The position numbers and the translations under genes are program-made. Below the pieces are notes generated by a model. That model ran no database searches and was not told where the DNA came from. It saw only the letters and a list, made by a program, of their open reading frames with translations. DNA of 63,380 nt, the filler included, from Octopus bimaculoides (taxonomy: Eukaryota), in the NCBI RefSeq assembly GCF_001194135.2. It is 6 parts of 6 records of this genome, joined end to end, with 100 filler letters (N's around TTAATTAATTAA, not from the genome) between each part and the next. Parts side by side here need not be neighbours in the genome. Positions count along the whole stretch, not along the records: positions 21,677 to 29,662 come from NC_068981.1; positions 29,763 to 35,361 come from NC_068991.1; positions 35,462 to 56,360 come from NC_068986.1; 3 more parts are not named here. One strand, given 5' to 3'. The number at the start of each line of letters is the position of its first letter. Position 1 is the first letter of the stretch. Positions 27,575 through 39,159 of the stretch are shown one piece after another.

Positions 27575-27785
27575 TTTTCTACTTTAGGTACAAGGCCGGA
27601 CATTTTTGGGGAGGGGAGGGGCCAGTCGATTAGGTCGACCCCAGTACACAACTGGTGCTTAATCTATCGACCCCGAAAGGACGAAATGCAAAGTCGACCT
27701 CGGCGGAATTTGAACTGAGAACGTAAAGACAGACGGAATACCGCTAAGCATTTCTCTCGGCGTGCTGACGTTTCTGTCATCGCCT
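27575..27785 (-). mobile_element. SINE family A, full length
   Basis: Reverse complement of head, B-box and core; alternative tail (ggccggacattttt). Confidence 0.85.
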
Positions 27786-28707
27786 TCAACTCTTGTTGTC
27801 ATTGTCGTTCATTGCCTTAGAACATTGCATGTTTTTCACATTCCCGTCACTGACCACTCACCACAAGAATATCATGTTTCATCTTTCATGTTCCAAGTCT
27901 ATTCTGGCATGACACTTCTTATTTACGATCCACCACTGATATAGACAGACACAGCTCATACATATCTATCCCTTGCGACCTTTAAGATCTCTGTATCTAT
28001 TCTATTTATCACTTTATCTTCTTCTTCTACATTTAGATTGTTCCTCACCACCCTTCACCAACCCATCTAAATAGCTTAGATGTAGCTTACTTGACTATCC
28101 AGTCTTTCTCTTATTACTTCCTAGATTACCCGCCCCACCGATATGACTCTCTTTATTTTTTATTTCTTTATTTTTTATTTTATTTTATTTTAAGTTTTAT
28201 TTTTATTTTAAGTTTATTCTTACTTTTTTACATGAATATCTGTGTATGTATTCTATTGTATTCTATTGTTCTTAACCACCAACTTAACACTACACACTGA
28301 ATCGTGGCAAGGTATGGAAGGTTTTCGGAGGACCGGAGAGATTATGTCTGGGTGGAGAATTATACGAGATATAGTACTATACAGAATACCGAAAAGATCT
28401 TCACCTCTTACATCACACATTTCTTCCTACTTCAACGCCGAGATGGTATAATTTCCTGGGAGAGAGATAATTTTGCGGCTGAGGATAGCTTTACATTGTA
28501 AATTATACACATATTATATTATGCTATATTATATTATATTATATTATATTATACACATGTAAAGCTTGAAACACGTGTACCGCGGAATCCTTTGTAGTTT
28601 TGTTGTTATTTTTTGGATTTACAATTTATTCTTTCACCGCAGCCACTAGCTGGAATACACAGGTGCTTACAATTGTCAAGTATTACCTCTAAATTTCAAT
28701 TTACCTA

Positions 28708-28708
28708 C

Positions 28709-28774
<66 letters not shown>

Positions 28775-29030
28775 TGTTTCTTTATTGGCCACACAAGGCT
28801 GAACGGACAGGAGACAAAATACAAAGTAGAGTTTTTCTTTTAGGGAAGGAAAGAAAAAAGGGTGGGGTAGCCTTTTGATCAAAAGGGATCGTGGTAAAAT
28901 AACAGAAACGATCTATAGGTATCGTGTATCACAGAAGTGTCATAGTGTAAAATGGGAAACAGTTTAGGCTTAAGCATGGAAAGAAAATCCTACGGAAAAG
29001 ACCACCGTAACCTCGGGCAATAATGTCATG
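28708..29030 (-). mobile_element. LINE 3' end/UTR abutting (GATA)n
   Basis: Reverse complement reads ...cgatcccttttgatcaaaagg...ttgtattttgtctcctgtccgttcagccttgtgtggccaataaagaaacat(atct)n; homologous to 29763-29865 and 43030-43180. Confidence 0.7.
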
Positions 29031-29269
29031 CAAAAAACATATTACAGTAAATGACTCTCTTTTTTTCTTTATTTTCTGGTTCATAGGACTATGCTCAAGG
29101 TGGCTCCGTCATTCACACGTGCCATCCTTGTTACATTCACCCATCGTTTTTTGAAATATTCATTAGACAAAACTTCCCTCTCTACTCTCACCTTCCTCTT
29201 CAAGTAATACTAGAAGTTCATAGAGATTTACCAGAGAAGAATAGATATATATTCTTTATTTTCTTTTTC

Positions 29270-29468
29270 TTGTTTCAGTCATTTAACTGCGGCCATGCAG
29301 GAGCACCGCATTTAGTCGAAGAAACCGACCCCAGGACTTATTCTTTGTAAGTACTTATTTTATCGGTGTCTTTTGCCGAACCGCTAAGTTACAGGGACGT
29401 AAACACACCAGCATCAGTTGTTAAGCGATGGAGGGAGGACAAACACAGATACAAACAAACACACACAT

Positions 29469-29507
<39 letters not shown>

Positions 29508-29662
29508 CACACACACATACACATACACGCACACACACACAAACATACACGCACACACACACAAACATACATATATATACGACGGACTTGTTTCAGTTTC
29601 CGTCTAACAAATCCACTAACAAGGCTTTTGTCGGCCCGAGACTTTAGTAAAAACACTTGCCC
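29270..29662 (-). mobile_element. SINE family B with internal (CA)n
   Basis: Homologous to 60768-61095 in opposite orientation. Confidence 0.85.
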
Positions 29663-29762
29663 NNNNNNNNNNNNNNNNNNNNNNNNNNNNNNNNNNNNNN
29701 NNNNNNTTAATTAATTAANNNNNNNNNNNNNNNNNNNNNNNNNNNNNNNNNNNNNNNNNNNN

Positions 29763-29868
29763 CTTTGTTTTCGACCCCCTCGAAAAGAAAAACTCTACAT
29801 TTGTATTTTGTCCCCTCTGTGTTGAGCCCTGTGTGGCTAATAAAGAAACCTATCTATCTATCTATCCA
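29763..29868 (+). mobile_element. LINE 3' end followed by (TATC)n
   Basis: ttgtattttgtcccctctgtgttgagccctgtgtggctaataaagaaacctatctatct. Confidence 0.7.
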
Positions 29869-30179
29869 TAATGGTCTAAACTTTACTAGGCTATCTGCAT
29901 ATAACGTCACCATGTATATGTACACAGTGACATTTACCACTTTTGCACGGCACATTAGAAGAGAAACTTTCTGTTACGCGGCGATAATGGATTCAGATTT
30001 AAAAACATCATTAACACCTATGAAACTTCGATACCTTGCTAAGCCCAAAACGTGGCCCTTTGTCCTGTGCAATTTTCAAGTAGGTACAGAATGCGAGGAA
30101 CCTCATTATCGACAACTAATGTATTCATATGCAACCGATCGCGAATTCAATTTTGATGATTGAAATATATATATCTTGA

Positions 30180-31570
30180 GCCCAGTTGGAAAAATGAACA
30201 TCTTACATCAGGTTTTGGCAATTATGATCTAAGCAAGTTGGATCTGATAAGGTCATATTGAAAAACGAAAAAATATTTATTCGTTTGTAAAGATATGGTG
30301 AACTGCACTATCAAGGCGTGAGATTAATAGGGAGTAAATGAAATGGTGAAACATTAAGGAGATGATGCACAGTTGATGAAATGGAATTGTATGCTCAGTT
30401 TGGATCCACATATAGAAATGTTCGCGTATTTGTACATTATGATCCTATAAACGAAATGGCAGGTAATAAAGTAGTAGAGTCTTTATTGCAATCTTCAAGA
30501 AGCAGTTGGAAAGATAGAAAAACATGATTTGCTGCTGTATACATTAGACTTTAATACTAAAATGGGAAATGGTAATGGTGGTTTTTCTGAATATATGGAT
30601 GTACAAACATTGAAAAAAAAATGGAATAAATAGCGAATGCATTTTGTATCATCAAAATATACAGAATACACCAGGATGTCTCCGGACTGGAAACATCTAA
30701 ATCAAACTGAATACCTTTTAACTGATACGCGACAATGTAAAAGTTAAAATGGGGACAGATGTTGTCAGTGACATCAATTCACGATGTTTATGTAAGAAAT
30801 TCAGCTAAAACGAAAGATGACAATTAGATTGTCAACTCTAAAGTTAGATATAGGGAACTTAACAGAAATGCCTGTCACGCACACACACACACACGACAAG
30901 CTTCTTTCAGTTTCCGTCTACCACATCCACTCACAAGGCCTTGGTCGGCCCGTAGCTATAGTAGAAGACACCTATTCAAGGTGCCACGCAGTGGGACTGA
31001 ACCTGGAACCATGTGATCGGGAAGCAAGCTTCTTACCACACAGTCACACTCGCGCTATGAATGTAAGAATAAATTTGTTGTTCTAAAGACATTGGATGAA
31101 TAGGAAAACTTGGGAGGACGTACTTCTAATGTAAAAATGATGTTTAAGAGACTCTACAAGAAACTGTAAAAATATACACTTGGAAGAGGAGAAGGAGCTA
31201 AGAGGAAAAGATGGATTACAAATGAAACATGGGGCTATAACGGAAAATGAAGATAAGGAATCTTAAATATGAAACTGCAAGTAATTAAGATAAAAATTTA
31301 CATGTTTTAAGAATCGGATATACAAGCTTTTATAGCGAAGTATGAAGATTTACTAAGTATAATAAGAGAAAGTACTTGAAGTACATTACCAATAAAACTG
31401 AAGCTCAAATGAATCAAGGAGGAGGGTGAAACATTAGATTAACTTATCGATCAAAGAATGATATTACGAACACGACAGGGGGAAACAAAGGGATCTTAAT
31501 TAGAAATACGCATGGGACCTCTTGACTAAAGATAAATGAGTAAAGAACAAATGGAAGGAGCAATTTGAAG
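30180..31570 (+). mobile_element. Decayed RTE LINE (APE and linker region), interrupted by nested insertions
   Basis: LQEAVGKIEKHDLLLYTLDFNTKMG (cf. GDFNAKVG), AKRKRWITNETW, KWKEQFE-like motifs. Confidence 0.65.
30890..31055 (-). mobile_element. SINE family B 5' part nested in the RTE fragment
   Basis: Reverse complement of the family B head. Confidence 0.85.
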
Positions 31571-31685
31571 CAATAGTAAACATAATTATTTCACAAAATC
31601 AAGCAAATATTCTACCAGCTGAACGGGAGACGGACATTCGAATCGGGGGAAACCACACTCTATGACTGCTGGAAATAGAGTAGGG

Positions 31686-31760
31686 TTATTGTTTTAGCTG
31701 ATGATGCCTGTTGAGGCAGAAACATGTATGCATGACTGTCCTTTTATCTCTAGACAATAA
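31686..31760 (+). ncRNA. Candidate type I hammerhead ribozyme
   Basis: CUGAUGA (31698) + stem II UGCCU-GUUG-AGGCA + GAAAC + short stem III ACA/UGU + GUC (31738-40); distal stem I ttattgttt/agacaataa. Confidence 0.55.
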
Positions 31761-32035
31761 GATGGTTCATCTCCTTAATGGCATATCAACTTTGAAGAAT
31801 ACTTGATTCTTGGGATTGTCTCCTCTTCTGAAGCGGAGCTGGTCTCAATTACCATAGGATAATTGTAACACAGCCGCAAGAGATAGAGATAATTTTAATA
31901 AAACAAGAGTCTATGCTGTCTGATATTTGATGTATCTGTATTTATACATGCCCTGGTCACTCTGAGTTAGTTCTCAGCTCATTTTTGTTTTATATTTATA
32001 CATACTAGAATACATATATACATACATACATACAT

Positions 32036-32287
32036 GCTGAAGATCAGTGAGAGAATCTCTACACTGAACTATTGAGAAATCAGCAGTTACTCTATCCAGA
32101 TTGCAAGTTTAGGTTTATACCTGTAATAGTTAGAGCACTGAGATATGTAACACACTGCCTAAATACCAATCTTGAAAAATTAGACTTCTCAAAACCAGAA
32201 AGGAGAAAACTGATTCGAAGACTACTGATGCAAACCATCATTGGAACTGTAAAAATCTGTAAAAGTTTCCAGAAGTCTATCATTTAA
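32036..32287 (+). mobile_element. RLE-type LINE ORF C-terminus
   Basis: ELLRNQQLLYPDCKFRFIPVIVRALRYVTHCL...LDF...IIGTVKICKSF resembles the 'P.IVGALG.V...L..LG....GTVKI.K.F' terminus. Confidence 0.75.
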
Positions 32288-32582
32288 ATATATATGAGCA
32301 TGTCTAGATATGCAACTATATGCATGAGAATACATACATTAAACACAACATACAAATCTGCACATATACATATATACATACATACATACATACATGCATA
32401 CATGCATACAAAAATATCCTGTTGTTGATGTTGAAATTCCAATGAAGGAACCTTGGTTCTTGGTTAAAAACTGGCTCTTTCTCTATTGGCAAGAAATCTT
32501 GAAATAAAACTGAATAATGGCATACATACATACATACATACATACACACATACATACATACATACATACATACATACATACA

Positions 32583-32615
<33 letters not shown>

Positions 32616-32967
32616 GTATGCATGCGCACGCAAACACAGATTTAAAAATTTACATTTTAAATCTATAAAAATGACGTACACTCAATGAACAAAGAGCTCA
32701 TTTTGTCTTTCTGTCTGTATGTCTGTTTACCTGTCTGTCCGTCTGTCTGTATGTCTGTATTTCTCTTTCATCTACATATATTAGCAAATATCTCTTAGTG
32801 CAAGAGAAAATATTTTCATACAAATTCTAAGAGATTACTCCATAAGATAAAAATATTATGGAGTCACACAGCATTCAGAGATATAGTATATGGAATAATA
32901 TAGACGAAATGGTGATAGAAATTAAATCACGTATGTGTGTGTTCAAACAAATATGTATAACTAATCC

Positions 32968-33047
<80 letters not shown>

Positions 33048-33183
33048 NNNNNNNNNNNNNNNNNNNNNNNNNNNNNNNNNNNNNNNNNNNNNNNNNNNNN
33101 NNNNNNNNNNNNNNNNNNNNNNNNNNNNNNNNNNNNNNNNNNNNNNNNNNNNNNNNNNNNNNNNNNNNNNNNNNNNNNNNNNN

Positions 33184-33229
<46 letters not shown>

Positions 33230-34294
33230 TACGCACACATACACAAGTCTGTCATAGTGTTACATCAAATTAATTTAATGCAAAAACTATACTAAGTCAG
33301 CTATTATAAAATATATCAAATACAAAGACTAAATGACAGTGGAAAATAAATCGAAAATATATATTAAAACAAATATGTAATTTTTATTCTAGACATAGAA
33401 CTACTTTGTGGCAGCCTCATGCATATAAAAATGTTCGTAATGTTTTCAGTAGCAGATAACTATTTTAAAATAACAGCTTATACAGTGTAACATATTGAAA
33501 TGTCAATTTTCAAGTACTTTCCTTTTTGATTGCAGAATTTTGTATACAATCTTCATATAGTTTATATTTTTCAATATGTATGAATGAATTTACTGAGGTG
33601 ATATGTAAATTGATGGAAGTTGAATACGGACGATGAAGAATTGGGAAAAGAGATTTTTAAGGAGGTAGGGAAAGAAGTTTGACTGGGGTTTATTGTGAGC
33701 GCTTTTGCATTGGTGCTTACAACTCTTTTCTCTGTGTCACTACAAAATAGTTTGAACTAGTATGAAGGCTACGTGTTATTTTTGCTGGTGTGTAATCTAG
33801 GTAAGCTCTGACTGACTAGACCTCAACCAGCATTCCAATTGTGGCCATCCCATCTTCTTTTCTGGCATATTCAGTACTAATTTAGTATATTCATTTATTT
33901 TAAAACCTACAGGGTGAACTATGATGGAAATTTGGTTGCTATTTCTTGCTGGTCTAGAGGTTAGTTTTGTTAATACGAAGAGGGCACAAATTGTTTGCTA
34001 AATAATGAAGATGACAAAAAGGATGTAAAAATATGTGGACAATGATTAAGGTAGGAAGTGGCGTGGCTATATATGTAGCAGGAGTTGTTGAAGGATTGCC
34101 GCAAGAATGGGTTGAAAAACAGGTGTTTTTCCATGGGAGTTTGCAGTTGGGGATTTGCAGATAATACTCAGAATAAGGCCTACGGAATGAATCGTAGGCG
34201 TTACAGGAGTGCGCAGAAGGAAAGCCATGAAGAACAATATAAGAGCATGAGAAAGCATCTCAAAAGAAGTGGGGTCAGTAGAATGCCATTGTAG

Positions 34295-34400
34295 TGGCGC
34301 GAAATTATAGCCGCCATTGAGGAAGTACTATTCTGCGCATGCGCAAGGGACTTCACCACCGGAAGCCCCTTGAGTGCGCATGCGTAATAAAACTAGTACT
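34295..34400. promoter_or_regulatory. Promoter-like motif cluster: E2F, YY1-like, ETS x2, NRF1 x2
   Basis: TGGCGCGAAA 34295, GCCGCCATT 34310, GGAAGT 34321, TGCGCATGCGCA 34334, CCGGAAG 34359, TGCGCATGCG 34375. Confidence 0.5.
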
Positions 34401-35029
34401 TAAAGAGTTGGTTTCACTTTCTTAGACAGTTGAGCGAGAGACCTTCTACGTGACAACACCTTGCTCCTCATCGAAGCACTCTTCACCACGATGCTATCGA
34501 TATGATAGCTATTTGCTCCTCTGGCAGGCATCAAGGAAGCTCTTAATCTTCCAATACCGATTACAACTTAATCAACGGCTGCTAAGCTGAGTGACACAGG
34601 ATTTATATAACCAAGCATCATCAAAAATAGAACTTATTTTTATTATTTTGTTGAATTGTTCTACTGTTCCTTAATATATAATGCTGTTGAAAGGTGATAG
34701 AGAGAGTCTAATGTCTCTATTACAACTATCAACTTTTACACCGCTTAAACACAGGCTTAGGCTTGATCAGCCCTGATCGGGCCACCTGGACGAGAGTGAA
34801 TGTTCTAAAATCCGAAACACCCAATGATCCCAAGAGGCAATGCTAGCAATGTATTCAAGTGTTGCTTTTGTAAATGCATGTTGAACTAGTGTATAAGGAA
34901 AAAAGAACTAGTGGTGTATAAGTTATGGGAGCAAAGTAAAGGAGATGAATGCTGGTTTTTGCTGAACTGAGCATGACACCAGAATAATGATTTAGTGTGG
35001 TGTTGGTGATGTGAAATGAAGTTCATATA

Positions 35030-35311
35030 TAATATGGCCTGATGGTTAGGGTGTTGCACTCAGGATCGTGAGACCATGATTTCAATCTCTGGGCCGAGTG
35101 ATGCATTACGCTTTTGAGCAAAACACTTTACCTCACATTGCACTGCGATCACTTCGACACCTGATGCGAGGTAGACTGTGCACCTGTTCAGGCAACGTCG
35201 ATTTGATGTGAGGAGTGAGTTAATGTACAGTACATATATTTGATCATTATAAACAAATTATTTGTGCAGGTCGTTCGAACGCTAATACATCGTCTTTGAC
35301 GGGAGAGTTCA

Positions 35312-35330
<19 letters not shown>
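35030..35330 (+). mobile_element. tRNA-derived SINE family C (CORE-like)
   Basis: ggcctgatggttagggtg head and ttgagcaaaacactttacctcacattgc central block; homologous to 54178-54385. Confidence 0.65.
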
Positions 35331-35361
<31 letters not shown>

Positions 35362-35461
35362 NNNNNNNNNNNNNNNNNNNNNNNNNNNNNNNNNNNNNNN
35401 NNNNNTTAATTAATTAANNNNNNNNNNNNNNNNNNNNNNNNNNNNNNNNNNNNNNNNNNNN

Positions 35462-35760
35462 GTGTTTATTGAGCGAAAACACCTAAAGCTCTACGAGGCT
35501 CCGGCAGGGGATGGTGGCGAACCCTGCTGTACTCTTTCACCACAACTTTCTCTCACTCTTACTTCCTGTTTCTGTTGTGCCTGAAATTGAAAGGGTCAGC
35601 CTTGTCACACTGTGTCACGCTGAATATCCCCGAGAACTACGTTAAGGGTACACGTGTCTGTGGAGTGCTCAGCCACTTGCACGTTAATTTCACGAGCAGG
35701 CTGTTCCGTTGATCGGATAAACTGGAACCCTCGACGTCGTAACCGACGGAGTGCCAACAT
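35462..35760 (+). mobile_element. Dispersed repeat/SINE family E
   Basis: Segment acgctgaatatccccgagaactacgttaagggtacac recurs inverted and diverged at 55694-55750. Confidence 0.6.
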
Positions 35761-36760
35761 CATTTGATATTTACGAACGAACGTATATACATAGACAGAC
35801 AGACTGACAGACACACACACATACAGACACACACACTCACGTACAAACATTTTCATACACAAACATATGTACGCAGGCACACCCACTCAGAGATGCACTG
35901 CCGTAGATGAACACATACTTGCACACCGATAGACTGTTACGTATATGTGTACACATACATATCTTAAGGTATCTAGTTGTATATTTATACAATTTATTCA
36001 AAGAGATAAGAATGGAAATGAAATTTTAAACATGCATGTATACGTCAACACACGCGCACACGCATGCACACACACGTTTGTATACATATATGTATACATA
36101 CACACATTATGCATACACTTACATATATGAATCGTTACCCTGAATGTAATTATTACCGTTGCGTTCTTACACTCGACTATGTATTCAAACATACATGCAA
36201 ATATCTATATATCTATCTATTTATCTATCTGCATATATAAATCAAACAATAGGGTAACAAATTGGATATTAATTAACATCAATTTAATACCAGGGAACAA
36301 GCACATTAAAAGAATCAGGGAGATTCAGAAAAAAATATCTGAGATCTCAAAAGATTATTGTATATGTATATATAAAAATATATATAAAGGAGGCCACTAG
36401 GTGGACTGCTAATGTGCTAGAAGAAGATCACATGTCATGTGTCTACTAAGACCGAATAATTCTCAAAGGCAATTTAGCGAAGTAACAAAAATGTAAACGG
36501 GCAAGACCAGTGAAAATTACTTTATAAAAATACAATTATCTCTAAACATGTTTCGAAATCAATACTTTCTTACCGAAAATATCTGTTTCTCATCAGTACA
36601 GACCGTTGGATAAATACAATTTACAGGATCGCACACTAGTTGTACGCCACAAGTGGAGCACGTGTGTACGGTTCTATCGCCTCTATATTATTTCCACTCT
36701 ATCACGACAGCCGAACATTTCGAGCAAGCCTGTTTGTCTCCCCACTGTAAACGAACTTAC

Positions 36761-36856
36761 AGAAAATTGTGGGTGCGGATATCACGAAATGACTTTTGTC
36801 GATATAGGTGACGACCATTTTCCCTGGATTCTGTACTTTTCCGTTTTGTATTTTAT
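36761..36856 (-). CDS. Candidate 96-nt internal exon, product unknown
   Basis: Acceptor ccttattttcttcatcag, donor T|gtaagt, open phase 1-1 frame (D)KIQNGKVQNPGKMVVTYIDKSHFVISAPTIF; a competing plus-strand reading exists. Confidence 0.3.
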
Positions 36857-37807
36857 CTGATGAAGAAAATAAGGTTTACTATCATTCTCTTTAATGGATA
36901 TCACTGATTACGAAAAATCAAGCGGATAAACAACAGAAGCATTTGATGTTTTAACTTTATTTTAATCGCTAGGAATAAGCGAACGGAGTTTATCAGTTTT
37001 ATTTATCTGTTACGTGATATATTAAATATATTCTTCTCTTATTCTCGAAAATTTTGTAAAATAGAAATTTCTTTCAATTTTATCGCAATGAAAAAAATTT
37101 ACCGTTTTGCGCAGCTGCGTTTTAAAATAAGTCTGAATCTTATCTATGAGGAGTAAAATTTAGTTGAATACTCACTGCATTGCCTTGTGTTTCGTGAAAT
37201 TAAGTTCGTTGACTTTTTGGTTGTTGTACACCGATCTGTTTCAAAGCTCAACCGCAATGTAGTCGAGAGGTAGGCCCCGAAACGGCGCGCATTCTCTCCT
37301 GATGACCCCATACACTTGCTGGCTTCCGGTATGCGGAATTCTTGACTGGTAGCACTTGCATGTGCAAGTTGTTTGCAAGACACAAGACGACATACCATGT
37401 CACATTAGGTCACTTATAAAGACTGAAATGCGTTTATTTATGGTTTTTCGTTTCGTTTTATGTGTTAACCTGTGAAATTTCGAGGGTTTCCTCCTTGCAC
37501 CTTTCTTGGCCAAAATTAGTCATAAAAAATAGGATTCGTTTTTCTGATCTCGAAGAGTGTATAATTCAAGTATATCAGTTCTATAGTTTAGAACCTATTG
37601 CATAGTGAGACAATTAACTATGTTTAAACACACCACTTCATATTGAGAAACGATTTGTAGAATTACTTTTCGTTCTTTCTTCTTTGTTTTTAGGTTTGAT
37701 AAAGTTTCAGAAACAAGCCTATTTCCTAACGTTCGTATCACGTTTTCTAAGACAGAGTCATCCAAAGAAAATCTGTAGATGTACGAAGTTACTGTTTATT
37801 GCGGCAG

Positions 37808-38212
37808 GGGGGGGGGTCTTACGGTACGAGTCCTAAATATCGGCCTTTTCCGTAAAAAGTGTCTTCGGCGATCTTTACCAAAGATCGGCTTTTCCGTAAA
37901 AAGTGTTGGAGAGAAACAGGGAAACGACGTCATAAAAGCGAAAGACATACAGAGAGCGCGATTTATTTTGAAGGGTTTAGGGTTAGGGTTAGGGTTAGGG
38001 TTTCGATTTTAGGGTTTGGGTTAGGGAATTCCGTCCCTAACCGTAACCGTAACTCTAACCCTAAACAGTAACCCTAACACTAAAACAGTAACCGTAACAC
38101 TGTAGTGAAGATCGTGCGAGTGTTACGGAAAAGGCTGATCTTTGGTAAAGATCGCCGAAGACACTTTTTACGGAAAAGGCCGATATTTAGGACTCGTACC
38201 GTAAGATCACCC
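37808..38212. mobile_element. MITE with ~83-bp TIRs enclosing inverted telomere-like repeats
   Basis: 37817-37899 is nearly the reverse complement of 38123-38206; candidate TSD ggcag at 37803 and 38213. Confidence 0.85.
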
Positions 38213-38582
38213 GGCAGAAGTAAATATGAATGCTTTAAGTTATTGTTTAACCCCAAGTTAGCACTGACTGAAGACATTCTAGCTGTGTCCATTCCATCTT
38301 GTTTGAGTTCCAGCCCCACCCTGATCGAACAAAAGGTATTCCAGCAATGAATACCCCGCCTTGTTACTTAACTCCACATCAGCCCTGATCGAGTGGTCAC
38401 GTGATAATGTTATTATCCTCCCACAATGATCACCACTGCTACCTTTGATCAGTTCTGACCGGTCACATCCTGCATTCTAGACCGTATCTGGATCAAATCT
38501 TAATGTAATATTTCTGGTACTTGCCACCCCTAACTCTCACCCTTGATTTATTATCTTATTTATCAATATTTATTTATCTATT

Positions 38583-38785
38583 AAGGTGGCGAACTGGCGG
38601 AATCGTTAGCACGCCGGGTAAAATATTTGGCGGAATTTCGTCTGTCTTTGCATTCTGAAGGTCGACTTTGCTTTACACCCTCTCGGTGTCGATCAAACAA
38701 GTACCACTTGAGCTCTGGGGTTGATGTAATCGACTTACCCCGCCCCCGAAATTTCTGGCGTTGTGCTAAAACTTGAAATCAATAT
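38583..38785 (+). mobile_element. SINE family A, full length (alternative tail)
   Basis: aaggtggcgaactggcggaatcgttagc...gtcgactttg...cccgaaatttctggcgttgtgctaaaacttgaaatc. Confidence 0.85.
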
Positions 38786-38917
38786 TTATCTCAACTCTTC
38801 TAAAAGCAAACTTCGTTTGTTTGTTTACGTTCATCGTAATTTGAATTTAACATATGATAGCGTCTCATAAAGAGAGATTTCTATACATCTTAAATTTGAA
38901 AAAAAAACTTGCGGCTA

Positions 38918-38993
38918 GGCAGTTTAGCTTAAATGGTCGAGAGCACCGCGACGCGTAATCACAGAGGTGTGAGTTCGAGTCTCATGGCTGGTC
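38918..38993 (+). tRNA. tRNA-like sequence (possible tRNA-Thr(CGT) pseudogene or SINE head)
   Basis: D arm gctt/gagc, T arm gtgag-ttcgagt-ctcat, 7-nt loop cgcgtaa, downstream T run; acceptor and anticodon stems imperfect. Confidence 0.5.
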
Positions 38994-39159
38994 GCCCACA
39001 CTTTTTTCTGCCAAAATAGAGGTAGTTTATCCTGTTCAGGCATTATCCTGCATTTGAGAATTTAAATCACTTCTTTAACTTTCTAAGACATCTCAACGCT
39101 TCTAAAAGCAAGCTTCGTTTGTTTGTTTACGTTTATCGTAATTTGAATTAAAAATATTT

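Noticed and set aside
27830-28500. Possible Penelope 3' end (also 34430-34600)
   Set aside because: Too decayed for a supportable call; only faint GIY-YIG tail similarity
30666-30800. Possible mariner TIR remnant inside the RTE fragment
   Set aside because: Single short end-like motif with no partner TIR or coding remnant
34080-34135. GVVEGLPQEWVEKQ resembling the PAK CRIB-adjacent motif
   Set aside because: Too short, lacks the CRIB core (ISxPxxFxH), and splice sites are weak
36606-36860. TGF-beta-like or serine-protease-like reading (SKPVCLPT...CGCGYHEMTFVDIGDD)
   Set aside because: Motifs are in the wrong order and the cysteine pattern is incomplete; probably chance
37972-38097. True telomere or chromosome fusion site
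   Set aside because: Only four perfect TTAGGG units, and they are enclosed by long TIRs, which fits a MITE better
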